NCBI RefSeq assembly: GCF_006345805.1
Contig: NC_043007.1
Span: forward strand, 18,848,001-18,912,000
DNA length: 64,000 bases
Direction: 5' to 3'
Source of the DNA: Octopus sinensis
Taxonomy: Eukaryota
A program made the translations under genes and the position numbers. The notes under the pieces were generated by a model. That model was not told where the DNA came from, did no database searches, and saw only the letters and a list, made by a program, of their open reading frames with translations. Positions 50,848 through 63,053 of this stretch are shown here, piece after piece (the stretch's first letter is position 1; every line of letters begins with the position of its first letter).

Positions 50848-51786
50848 CTCCAGTTGGAGCCGAAATTATTTTGCCCACGAGAGTTCCGGATCCCAGTTAT
50901 GAACTCATTTGCATACAGCCAATCAGAGCTCAGCTATCAAGCTAATTTATGAGCGTATAACAAGTGATGGGCGATAAGACAAGGTCACTCGGGTAAGGAA
51001 TGACCATACTTCTTTTCTCTTTTAATATTGCTTGTTTTCCTTAGGGCGGCGAGTGGAAGAATCGTTAGCACGCCGGGCGAAAATGGTTTGAAGTAGTTCG
51101 TCTGCCGTTACGTTCTGAGTTCAAATTCCGCCGAGTTCGACTTTGACTTTCATCCTTTCGGGGTCGATTAAATAAGTACCAGTTACGCACTGGTGACGAT
51201 TTAATCGACTTAATCCCTTTGTTTGTCCTTGTTTGTCCTCTCTATGTTTAGCCTCTTGTGAGTAGTAAAGAAATAGGTATTTCGTCTGTCTTTACGTTCT
51301 GAGTTCAAATTCCACCGAGTTCGACTTTGCCTTTCATCCTTTCGAGGTCGATTAGATAAGTACCAGTTATGCACGGGGGGGGGTGATCTAATCGACTTAA
51401 TCCGTTTGCCTGTCCTTGTTTGTCACCTCTATGTTTAGCCCCCTGGCGGCCATAAAGAAAGAAATAATGCTTATTTTCTGCGTAATTATTTGTGTTGTTG
51501 TTTATTTAGTAAAACAGGAAGGGGAGAGGGTTGCTAGCACATCTTTACCATATGGGGCCCTAACAAAATTCGATAATAGGTATAGATGCAAATCTATCTG
51601 TCTCTTTCTAAAACCAGGCATAACTTAACGATCGATCTACTTACAACACAGTTCTTCGTCTTGAGTTTGGTAGAGTGTGTTTGTTAACTTGACATGGACA
51701 AGGTGAGCTCTGATTGGCTGTATGCAAATGAGTTCATTAGTGGGATCCAGAACTCTCGTGGAATAAAAAAATTTCGCACGCTGGAG
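50848..51786. mobile_element. Putative DNA-element remnant with about 85-bp inverted arms (50848-50932 and 51704-51786), interrupted by a SINE dimer
   Basis: Arms are complementary and each carries ATTTGCAT followed by CCAAT. Confidence 0.6.
51043..51466 (+). mobile_element. Meta-like SINE dimer
   Basis: One head, two bodies; junction AAAGAAATA|GGTATTTCG at 51275/51276. Confidence 0.85.
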
Positions 51787-52058
51787 CGAGAGACCAGTTC
51801 CAGCACTTGGCTGGTCCATCTTCGATTGAGTAGTCTGGTGTAACCTAAAATAAAGTGTCCTTGTTCAAGGATGCAAACTCACTATCCGGTCCTCAAATTG
51901 AACCTACAACATTATAATCGTGAGCTGCACACTCTAACCACTTGGCCACGCGCCTCCACAGTGAACTCCTTAATTACTAAAATATTATATAAACGGCTGA
52001 ATATTTAACAGACAGTTCTGCTTTTATCATAACCTTAGGGCAGAATTATTGTGACAGC

Positions 52059-52093
<35 letters not shown>

Positions 52094-52095
<2 letters not shown>

Positions 52096-52300
52096 AGCAC
52101 TCACATACTCGCCATGATAGATCGCTAGCCACAAAACCTTTTTCTATTTTCTTTCCCTGTTTATTTCTGTGTTCCTTTCTGTCGAGGAGCGTAAGCTCGA
52201 AACGTAAAAGACTTCCTCACTTCTCGAGCGTTAAACTAATACATCAGCTTATTGTTTAAACACCCGTCTTCGTCTTTTGTTTCTTTTTGTAAATCCTCAC
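52094..52300 (+). mobile_element. Penelope-like terminal fragment (family P2)
   Basis: Copy of the 18150-18352 family, flanked by microsatellites. Confidence 0.6.
52175..52210 (+). ncRNA. Minimal hammerhead variant (CUGUCGA core)
   Basis: CUUU CUGUCGA G GAGC-GUAA-GCUC GAAA CGU A AAAG. Confidence 0.62.
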
Positions 52301-52406
<106 letters not shown>

Positions 52407-52443
52407 ATGTATGTATGTATGTATGTATGTATGTATGTATGTA

Positions 52444-52699
52444 TTAGGCTGGTGCATAATTATTGCGGCTTTTTTTTCCCCCAACAAATTTTATTCAACA
52501 AAAACAATAACAATATTTAACAAAAACATCTTTAAATGACGGTCTGACCGTCTGCCAAGCAAATGGGAAGCAGTAATTGAAGTAGATGGTGAATATGCAC
52601 CGGAATAATCATTTAAAGATGTTTTTGTTACATGCTGTTATTGTTTTTGTTGAATAAAATTTGTTGGAAAAAAGTCGCAATAATTATGCACCAACCCAA
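52444..52699 (+). mobile_element. Non-autonomous mariner derivative with TA target duplication
   Basis: About 92-bp inverted arms, TA on both sides; internal RLPSKWEAVIEVDGEYAPE* (52549-52608), a mariner transposase C-terminus. Confidence 0.85.
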
Positions 52700-52709
52700 T
52701 ATATGTATT

Positions 52710-52865
52710 TTTCCCTCTTTGTTTCTTTCTGTGTTCCTTTCTGTTGAAGAGCGTAGGCTCGAAACGTTAAAGACTTTTTCAGTTCCCGAGCGTTATACTA
52801 ATACATCTCTTTGTTTTCTACACCACCTGTCTTCGTCTTTTGTTGTTTTTTTCATAAACTCTCCC

Positions 52866-52866
<1 letters not shown>
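52710..52866 (+). mobile_element. Penelope-like terminal fragment (family P2)
   Basis: Third copy, adjacent to the mariner derivative. Confidence 0.6.
52737..52772 (+). ncRNA. Minimal hammerhead variant (CUGUUGA core)
   Basis: CUUU CUGUUGA A GAGC-GUAG-GCUC GAAA CGU U AAAG. Confidence 0.62.
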
Positions 52867-52939
<73 letters not shown>

Positions 52940-53721
52940 TGTGTGTGTGTGTGTACTGATTGCAAATTAACACAGATAATTGGCTGATGCCAAATGTCGA
53001 CTCCTTCCACTCCCTCAACTCCTTCCCCCAATCTCCTAAGATCTCAAAGTCTCACCTCGACATCATAATAATTCCAAACAATGTCCTGATAATTATTCCG
53101 CTACAGTTCTCAATGGTTTTCAAAACTTCGGATTAGGAAGTCTTTTTTTGTTTGTTTGTTTGTTTGTTTTTTTTCTTTCTTAATAAACGCAGCTCCATTG
53201 TTAGGAGTCGTCTGCTGCTTCCGGGGAAATTTCCCTGTTATTCCCCATCAACAAAATAACAATGTAAAATAATCTCACCCCAATGATCACGGAGAACAGA
53301 CGAGAAGAAAAACTAAATCGGGTGTTAATTCGGATCAGCCGTGTGCGCATAAGAAGATGTGGACAATGAAGAAATCGATGAAAATGAAAGAATGAAATGA
53401 ATGGCGTGTGAAGACCGTAAAGGAATTTCTCCAATTCGATGTTTGGAGAAATTTGAAAAGTTCTAACAATAATGGATATGAATCGTATCAATCAATGTCG
53501 ATTGAAGTATGACAGGCGGCAGAATTTCGAATTAAGCACTCCATACCTCAAAAGAGATGTAAAAGCCACCCTTTTATAGGTTAGGGTGGTATTCGAGAGT
53601 TTCAATGGAAATTATGATTCTGAAAACAAAAATGTGTTGTTTTTTGTTTTCAAAATTCCAATATTTTTTCTTTTTTTTTTTTCTCAATGTTTTGAAATAA
53701 TCTTTCCCTCTTACTCAATAC

Positions 53722-53950
53722 CTATTTTTTTACTACCCACAAGGGGCTAAACACAGAGAGGACAAACAATGACAGACAAACGGATTAAGTCGATTATATC
53801 GACCCCAGTGCGTAACTGGTGCTTAATTTATCGACCCCGAAAGGATGAAACGCAAAGTCGACCTCGGTGGAATTTGAACTCAGAACATAACGGCAGACGA
53901 AATACGGCTATTTCGCCCGACATCCTAATGTTTCAGCCAGCTCACCTCCT
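53722..53950 (-). mobile_element. Meta-like SINE
   Basis: Full body with the long CTACCCACAAGGGGCTAAACACAG tail. Confidence 0.8.
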
Positions 53951-54245
53951 TAACGAACGAGCTTCCATAGTTTCCGCCGACAAAATTCACTCATAAGGCA
54001 TTAGTCAGTCTGGTAGCGTAGTGGAATACACACGCCCAAGGTGCAGCAGGACTGAACGCGAAGCACGTGGTCGCAAAGGAAGAAGAAATACATTTAAAAA
54101 TTTCATCCTGGTACTTATATTATCGGTATCTATTTGTCGAACAGCTATATAAAGTGGCACAAAATTAACTACGTTGAATGCTAAAACTGGTACAAACATA
54201 AATACACACATACGTATGGATACAGTGAAAGATTAATGAACATTA

Positions 54246-54429
54246 AGGAGTGGCTGTGTGGTAAGTAGCTTGCTTACCAACCACGTAGTTCCGGGTTCAG
54301 TCCCACTGCATGGAACCTTGGGCAAGTGTCTTCTACTATAAGCCCCAGGCCAGCCAGTGCCTTGTGAGTGGATTTGGTTGACGGAAACTGAATGAAGCTT
54401 GTCGTATATATATATATATATATAATATA

Positions 54430-54464
<35 letters not shown>

Positions 54465-54665
54465 ATATGTTTGTGTGTCTGTGTTTGTCCCCCCACCAAC
54501 ATCGCTTGACAACTGATGCTGGTGTGTTTACGTGCCCGTAACTTAGCGGTTCGTCAAAAAGAAACCGATAGAATAAGTACTAGGCTTACAATGAATAAGT
54601 CCTGGGGTCGACTTTCTCGACTAAAGCTGGTGCTCTAGCATGGCCGCAGTCAAATTACTGAAACT
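54246..54665 (+). mobile_element. Family A SINE, full length
   Basis: Consensus match. Confidence 0.88.
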
Positions 54666-54771
54666 CATACAATAAAATTTTTTTAAATTAAAAATTGAAG
54701 AGAACATCAGAGAATGAGCAAAAGTTGGTAAATACGATATTAGCTTAACGCTTGAGAAGCAGAAATGAAGT

Positions 54772-54807
54772 CCTTAACGTTTCGGACGATAGTTTCTCAT
54801 CAGAGAT
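54772..54807 (-). ncRNA. Degenerate hammerhead motif (canonical CUGAUGA core; relative of the 18.2/52 kb family)
   Basis: Reverse complement AUCU CUGAUGA GAAACUAUCGUCC GAAA CGU U AAGG; flanking sequence resembles the 18.2 kb element. Confidence 0.4.
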
Positions 54808-54826
54808 TTCAAAATAGAAGCTTATC

Positions 54827-55976
54827 ATGTATGTATGTATGTATGTATGTATGTATGTATGTATGTATGTATGTACGTACGTACGTATGTATGTACGTAC
54901 GTACGTATGTATGTATGTATGTATGTATGTATGTATGTATGTATGTATGTATGTACGTACGTACGTATGTATGTATGTATGTATGTATGTATGTATGTAC
55001 GTATGTATGTATTATGTATGTGGTATGTATGTTATGTATGTATGTATGTACGTACGTACGTACGTACGTATGTATGTATGTATGTATTATGTGTATGTAT
55101 GTATGTATGTATGTATGTATGTACGTACGTACGTACGTAATGTATGTATGTATGTATGTATGTATGTATGTACGTACGTACGTACGTATGTATGTATGTA
55201 TGTATGTATGTATGTATGTATGTATGTACGTACGTACGTACGTACGTACGTTGTATGTATGTATGTATGTATGTATGTATGTATGTATGTATGTATGTAG
55301 TACTCGTACGTACGTACGTATGTATGTATGTATGTATGTATGTATGTATGTATGTATGTATGTACGTACGTACGTACTACTATGTATTGTATGTATGTAT
55401 GTATGTATGTATGTACGTACGTACGTTATGTATGTATGTATGTATGTATGTAGTATGTATGTATGTACGTACGTACGTACGTACGTATGTAATGTATGTA
55501 TGTATGTTATGTATGTATGTATGTATGTATGTATGTACGTACGTACGTACGTATGTATGTATGTATGTATGTATGTATGTATGTACGTACGTACGTATGT
55601 ATGTATGTATGTATTATGTATGTATGTATGTACGTACGTACGTACGTACGTATGTATGTATGTATGTATGTATGTATGTATGTATGTATGTATGTATGTA
55701 CGTACGTACGTACGTACGTACGTATGTATGTATGTATGTATGTATGTACGTACGTACGTACGTAGTATGTATGTATGTATGTATGTATGTATGTATGTAC
55801 GTACGTACGTACGTACGTATGTATTATGTATGTATGTATGTATGTAGTATGTATGTATTTGTATGTAGTATGTACGTACGTATGTATTATGTATGTATGT
55901 ATGTATGTATGTATGTACGTACGTACGTACGTATGTATGTATGTATGTATGTATGTTATGTACGTATGTATGTACA
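54827..55976. repeat. 1.15-kb mixed (ATGT)n/(ACGT)n microsatellite
   Basis: Alternating runs of ATGT and self-complementary ACGT. Confidence 0.97.
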
Positions 55977-56984
55977 GGAATAGTCCGACTAGAGTGGGTA
56001 GTGCTAGTTACAAAAAGACGCCGCATTATTCGAATATATAACCACATGCAAAATAACCGAGGGGGTTATAAATTAGGGGGGAATGAGAAGAAAATAAAAC
56101 TTTTAATTTTTAAGAACACCTTAGACGGGAATCGATATAAATGAGGAAGAAAATAAACGAAGGGGAAACACTTTTAGGTTTTTGTCTTGGAATTGTATTT
56201 CTTTGTTCGAATTTATTGACGTGTCTCTGTTTATTCAAAGAAAACGAATCAGACTGGAATATTTTTCTATAGTGAAATGGTTGTTTGTTTTTAATCTTTC
56301 TGTTTCTCCTCTTTGCGCATGACCTCGTGGCAGTTCAAGGTACTTCAGACATCTCTTCTCATTTGCATAGTCCTCCTACCCCTAATTCTTTCATTTCAAT
56401 CCCGTTCCGCACCGCGATTGCCTGATAGGAATATTATATCGATTACCGATATTCTTTGATTGGTACTTTATTTTATCGACCGCGGAAGGAGGATGAACAA
56501 GTCTGACCTCGATGGGAATTTGAACCCAGTACATAAACCCAAATGTTGCGAGCAGCCCAAGCATAGCTGTGTGGTTAAGAAGCTCGGTTTGCAGTCATTT
56601 TGTTTCGGGTTCGATCACAGTGCGCGGCGCATTGAGTAATTCTCTTCCACCACAGACCCAGAACAATCGATATTGGTTTCTTTACATCTGCATATAGTAG
56701 CGGTTCGTCAAAAGTTATCGATGGAATAATATGATACCTTTAAATATATACTGGGGTCAATTTGCTTAACTAAGTTCCTTCAGGACAGTGCTCCAGCATG
56801 ACCGCAATCCAATTACTGAAACAAGTAATAGATAAAAGATAAAGACACATATATTGTGTGGCAAAAAGCTTACTTCCCAACCACATGGTTCTGGGTTCAG
56901 TCTCACTGAGTAGCACTTTGAGCAAGTGTCTTCTATAGCCTCAGGCCAGTGGATTTGGTAGACAGAAATTGAAAGAAGCCTGTC

Positions 56985-57020
<36 letters not shown>

Positions 57021-57021
57021 C

Positions 57022-57330
57022 ACCGTGATCACCGTGACCGACCAAGCTATCAGATGTTGCTATACATCGCTGATCACAATGCGCTTCGCATTGTTTTAGC
57101 CTTCAAATGACGCCACCCCACTGGCTAAGCGAGCAGGCCAATAGAAGATAGAGTGAGAGAAAGTTGTGGCGAAAGAGTACAGCAGGGATCGCCACCACCC
57201 TCTGCCGGAGCCTCGTGGAGCTTTAGGTGTTTTCTCTCAATAAACACTCATAACGCCCAGTCTGGGAATCGAAACCACGATCCTACAACAACTGTGAGTC
57301 CGCTGCCCTAACCACTTGGCCATTGCGCCT
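57022..57330 (-). mobile_element. SINE: family D head with a third tail
   Basis: Same head and body; tail ...GCGAAGCGCATTGTGATCAGCGATG...CACGGTGATCACGGTGAT. Confidence 0.8.
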
Positions 57331-57386
57331 CCACACACACACATACACACACACACACACACTCATATATATATATATATATATAT

Positions 57387-57669
57387 TTCACCTCAATTGG
57401 CCCCGCTCTCTTTATATTACACCAAAACACATTAAAACAGAAACTGACCCTATAGGTTCAAGAAGTCTTTGGACAGATTCCTTCAAGAAAATCCCGGATA
57501 AACCCCCCCTACACCCCCGGATATGTCTCTGTAAACAATAACTCTCTACTTGAGTGGGCCATAGTGCCCAATTCTGACTTGAAAGACTTCACCAGGTGGT
57601 GCTATGAAGTTAGACATGGCCTGGGCCAATAATGGCCGAAACCTATCAAAGTATCAAAGTATCAAAGTA
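57387..57669 (+). mobile_element. CR1-like LINE 3' end with (TATCAAAG)n tail
   Basis: Frameshifted FTSIGPALF..PKHIKTETDPI.FKKSLDRFLQE.PDKP...NNSLLEWA, then three 8-bp tail repeats from 57644. Confidence 0.72.
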
Positions 57670-57703
<34 letters not shown>

Positions 57704-58268
57704 GTATGTATGTATGTATGTGTATATGTATAAATTTGTATACACACACACACACACACACATTCCCTCACTTCTGTCTCCTCATACGTAAACAGCTGTG
57801 TACGTATTTCAATCAGTCATGACTCATCATGGTAACAACAGCAGGTAAAAACTATTTCGTTGAACCTCCCGTGTCTCTGACAATTGTCAATGACACACAA
57901 CAACAACAACAAAGAAAACAAAAGACATTTATCTCTGTGAGTGCGTGTGGTTTCTTTTCTTCTCTCCCCAAGTCGCTCTCCTGCTCTCTCTCTCTTTCTC
58001 ATACGCCTAGCCCACACTTGCTCTCCTCCACCGCCTGTTTCACTGAAATTGCGTCTCTTTTTCTTTCCCTCCTTTCTTTTTCAAATAATACATTCAACTA
58101 CACAGCTACACAAAAGACATGTACTGTAGAATATATCTTCTACACGAGTCATCGAGGAGTAACGAAGCAACAAAAGAGCCTCGAGGTCTTATGCAGTGAA
58201 GATGAGGGGCGTAAACTTTGCTTGCTTGTGGCTGGAAATTTTGCACTCGTTCAAATCCTAATCCGCCC

Positions 58269-58682
58269 ATAGGCGCAGGAGTGGCTGTGTGGTAAGTAGC
58301 TTGTTTACGAACCACATGGTTCCGGGTTCAGTCCCACTGCATGGCATCTTGGGCAAGTGTCTTCTGCTATAGCCCCGAGCCGACCAAAGCCTTGTGAGTG
58401 GATTTGGTAGACGGAAACTGAAAGAAGCCCGTCGTATATATGTATATGTATATGTGTGTGCGCGTGTATGTTTGTGTGTCTGTGTTTGTCCCCCTAGCAT
58501 TGCTTGACAACGGATGCTGGTGTGTTTACGTCCCCGTTACTTAGCGGTTCGGCAAAAGAGACCGATAGAATAAGTACTGGGCTTACAAAAGAATAAGTCC
58601 CGGGGTCGAGTTGCTCGATTAAAGGTGGTGCTCCAGCATGGCCACAGTCAAATGACTGAAACAAGTAAAAGAATATAAAAGA
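58269..58682 (+). mobile_element. Family A SINE, full length
   Basis: ATAGGCGCAGGAGTGGCTGTGTGG head through AAGTAAAAGAAT tail. Confidence 0.9.
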
Positions 58683-58891
58683 AAAGAAAGAAAGAATCGT
58701 TGGAGTTCCAAAAATCTTAAAAGCCAAAGAAAAGAAAAGAATTTTTTTTTTAAATCGGTCTAAACTGAAATTTAATATAATTTACATGCAACACCGACCA
58801 GAATGCTTAGCGACATTTCGTCCGTCTTTAAGTTCCGAGTTCGAATGCCGTCGAGGTCGACCTTTGTCATTCATCCTTTCTGAATAGGAGT

Positions 58892-59059
58892 AGGAGTAGC
58901 TATGTGGTAAGTAGCTTGCTTGCCAACCACATGGTTCCGGGTTCATTCCCACTGCGTGGCACCTTGGGCAAGTGTCTTCTACTATAGTCTCGGGCCGACC
59001 AAAGCCTTGTGAGAGGATTTGGTAGACGGAAACTGAAAGAAGACCGTCGTATATATGTA

Positions 59060-59091
<32 letters not shown>

Positions 59092-59138
59092 CGTTTAAAT
59101 ATGGCTAAACTGGCAATATGACCATTCCGAAATATAAC

Positions 59139-59231
<93 letters not shown>

Positions 59232-59442
59232 ACGTGTGTGTCTGTGTTTGTCCCACCAAGATCGTTTAACAACCGATGGTGGTGTGTTTACGTCCCCGTA
59301 ACTTAGCGGTTCGGCAAAATAGACCGATCGAATAAGTACCAGGCTTACAAAGAATAAGTCCTGAGGTCGATTTGCTCGACTAAAGGCGGTGCTCCAGCAT
59401 GGCCGCAGTCAAATTACTGAAACAAATAAAAGAGTAAAAGAG
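58892..59442 (+). mobile_element. Family A SINE with about 190-bp internal (TA)n
   Basis: Consensus match. Confidence 0.88.
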
Positions 59443-59444
59443 TA

Positions 59445-59975
59445 ATCGATGAAATAAGTACCAGTCGAGCATTGGGGTAGAAGTAATCGATTTACCTCTC
59501 GTTTGAAATTGCTGGCCTTGTGCCAAAATTTGAAATTAATATAAGATGCAAGCAATGAGGCGAGGTGGCAGAATGGTTACTGCGCCGGAAAAATGCTTAG
59601 CGGCATATTGTCCGTCTTTGCAGATGAAATAAGTACCAGTTGATCACCGAGGTCGATGTAATCGACCCAACCCTCCCCCAGAAATTGCTGGCTTTGTGCC
59701 AAAATTTGAAACCAATTGAAATTTAGTTAGATATAAATTTGAAAATTAGTTACATACTAAAAACGGTGAACAGGTTGAATCGTCACAGAGTCGGACAAAG
59801 CGACTTGCGGTATTTCTTCCGGTTCTTTACGGTCTGAGTTTAAAAGTCACCGAGATTGTCAATACCTTTCCTTTTTTTCGAGGGCGATAAAATAAGTACC
59901 AGTTGAATACTGGGGTCTATGTAATTGATTGTCTCATCCCCTCATAATTGCTGATCTTGTGTACCAAAAGCAAGA
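59445..59975 (+). mobile_element. Cluster of degenerate Meta-like SINE copies
   Basis: Repeated AAATAAGTACCAG...GGTCGATGTAAT motifs. Confidence 0.65.
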
Positions 59976-60394
59976 ATTAGAATTCACTGGCTTTCAGGAT
60001 CCCAGATAGATTCAGCTAATACATTTATCTGGGATCTGAGCCAGTGAAGAGCCCGTGACTAACTATTGGGTCCCTAGCTAGAACTACACTAATTTTACTT
60101 TCTAATTCTCTAACAATTTGGAAAACCCGGCTTTTCTATATTTTGATAATTCAGCCGTGGATTCAATCACCGAGTCACAGACTTTTATCCTTTAAACTAA
60201 TTTCTCTTCATTTGCTACTTTCACTTTCTTACACTGTGGCTGTGTGATACGAAGCTTGCTTCGCAGCTACATGGTTCCAGATTCAGTCCCACTACACACA
60301 CACACAAACACACACACATAATATATATATATATACGTATGTGTGTGTGTGTGTGTATCCACGACAGGTTTCTTTCAGTTTCCGTCTACCAAAT

Positions 60395-60627
60395 AAGGCG
60401 GCGAGCTGGCAGAAACGTTAGCACGCCGGGCGAAATGCTTTGCGGTATTTCGTCTGCCGCTATGTTCTGAGTTCAAATTCCGCCGAGGTCGACTTTGCCT
60501 TTCATCTTTTCGGGGTCGATTAAATAAGTACCAGTTACGCACTGGGGTCGATATAATCGACTTAATTCGTTTGTCTGTCCTTGTTTGTCCTCTCTGTGTT
60601 TAGCTCCATGTGGGTAGTAAAGAAATA
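60395..60627 (+). mobile_element. Full-length Meta-like SINE nested in a CORE-like SINE, about 28-bp TSD
   Basis: GGTTTCTTTCAGTTTCCGTCTAC(C/A)AAAT at 60367-60394 and 60628-60655. Confidence 0.88.
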
Positions 60628-60929
60628 GGTTTCTTTCAGTTTCCGTCTACAAAATCCACTCACAAAGCTTCGGTTAACCTGGTGCTAAGCTAGAAGACAC
60701 TTGCCCAAGGTACCACGCCGTAGAACTGAACCCAAGACCACATGGTTGGGAAACGTCTTATTTATGAATAAGACCTTTAAAAAAAGGGGTCAGATTACGT
60801 TCACATTTCGTCCTTCCTTCTCTGTCTTTCAGTGTCAGCGGCGGGGGATCGTTTCCACACTTGGCATTTACACAACGAGTCCTTTTTACCTGCGTATATC
60901 GAAGAGAACGGGAAATGTAACATTCATGA

Positions 60930-61024
<95 letters not shown>

Positions 61025-61510
61025 ATTGTTTGTTTATAGTTCATACATGTCTAAACGTGCCTCGATATACACTTTCAATGTTTATAGTTTTTATGTTTGT
61101 AAACTTCAGACATATATCTCAAAAACATGATCGTATGACATTTCAGTTTGAATCTATGGTGTGCGTGTGCGCGCGCATATATGCGTTTGTTCATATACAT
61201 AAATTACATATATATGTATATATATATATAAATACAAATATCTATATATATATAAGTACATACATATATGCATATAAATACATATATGTATACGCAATAA
61301 CATACACATATATAAATATACATACATGCATACATACATACATACATACATACATACATACATACATACATACGTACATACATACATACATATTTAAGGT
61401 CTCCTCTCTGTGCGTAGAAAGATTCTATACACTTTTATATTTTAAAAAATACTTACATATATGTTTATATTAAGTATGTATGCGTGTATGTATATATATT
61501 TGTATATGTG

Positions 61511-61590
<80 letters not shown>

Positions 61591-61884
61591 GTAGATGTAT
61601 GCATGTATATATATGCATATATATATATATATATATGTATTATTATGTATGTACGTACCTAATGTTTGTACGTATGTGAATACCTTCCGCTATTATGCTT
61701 TGTCGTCGAAAGGGGAATCGAGTACCCAATATGTATTGCATATTATATCCGTTATATTTTATTTATACTGAATTTTTGTCGATTCAAGTTTCATGCCACC
61801 GCGATCTTAAGATGACAGCTGTCTTCTTTTTTCCTTTCGCATAAGTGTGGTGGTGACGCATTCATTCTAGTTTTATATACAATT

Positions 61885-62100
61885 ACTCTTTTACTCTTTT
61901 ATTACTCTTTTACTTGTTTCAGTCATTTGACTGCGGCCATGCTGGAGCACCACCTTTAATCGAGCAACTCGACCCCGGGACTTATTCTTTGTAAGCCCAG
62001 TACTTATTCTATCGGTCTCTTTCGACGATCTGCTAAGTTACGGGGACATAAACACACCAGCATTGGTTGTCAAGCGATGTTGGGGGGTACAAAAACATAT
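61885..62100 (-). mobile_element. Family A SINE 3' half
   Basis: Tail consensus. Confidence 0.85.
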
Positions 62101-62183
62101 ATATATATATAGAAATTCGGGGTGAGTACTTGATAATTATAAGCACCTGTGTATACCGTTTGGTGGTGTAGGTGGTGGAGTAA

Positions 62184-62603
62184 ATTGATCAAAATAAAAT
62201 AAAAACATGATGCGAAGGATTCAGCGGTACATATGTTTCGGGCCTTTATTAGACAGATTTATAACAATGCATAATGTATGTCTGTGGCCTTCTTCAGCCG
62301 CGCACAACAGCTTCCACAAGGACATGTGTTCAATCAAAAATTCTTGGTTGGGGATGCAAATCCTCTCATTCACGTACGACATAATGCGGCAGCAGCATAG
62401 AATTGAAGCGTCCATCTCTTTCTTCTCTCAATGTAGAATGAGGAAAATGGATGTTGAGGTAATGTAAATAAATAAATACATATAGAGGTGAAGATGGAGG
62501 GGCGAGAGTTCGGGACGAGGGATAAAAAATGTATAAAAAGTGTAAGTATAGAATAATATAAAAATGTAGAGGATAAAGATATAAAGAGTTGTAAGGAGAT
62601 GTA
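62184..62603 (-). mobile_element. Penelope-like terminal repeat, left (inverted) arm
   Basis: Near-perfect reverse complement of 63054-63475; contains the hammerhead. Confidence 0.7.
62224..62301 (-). ncRNA. Type-I hammerhead ribozyme motif, inverted copy of 63359-63435
   Basis: Reverse complement reads GCGG CUGAAGA AGGCC...GGCCC GAAA CAUAUGU A CCGC. Confidence 0.8.
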
Positions 62604-63053
62604 TTCTGTTGTATGTATGTGTGTGTACGCGCGTGCGTGTGGGTGCGTGTGTGTTTATGTACGTGTTTACGCGCGAGTGCGTGTGTATGCTTATAGGCTT
62701 GGAGGCGTATATGTACGCGTGTATGTGGGTGTATGTATCCATGATGATATGTATGTACTAGAAGTCCATTTAATTCAAGGAACCAGATTAAATGCTCATC
62801 AGCTCTGATTTACAACGCATTAAGTCCCCAGACGAAACTGTTGATTTACTGACAATTCTACAACTAAATTTTATCAATCTCCTGACCACCATGCTTGGTC
62901 CGTAACCTCTATACATCCCTTATATTTACATTCTTTTACACTTTTATCATGGTTTTATCAGTTTTTTTACTTTTATTCTATTTCTATTTTTACTTTATAA
63001 CCTTATGCCTTTACATTTCTTTATATTTCTTTATATTCTTTATACCCCCACTT

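Noticed and set aside
53223-53453. kB-like palindrome GGGAAATTTCCC and an 11-bp hairpin at 53424-53453
   Set aside because: Isolated short motifs with no promoter context.
57621-57642. GGCC-AATAAT-GGCC-GAAAC hairpin
   Set aside because: No CUGANGA core; more likely the CR1 3' UTR stem-loop before the 8-bp tail.
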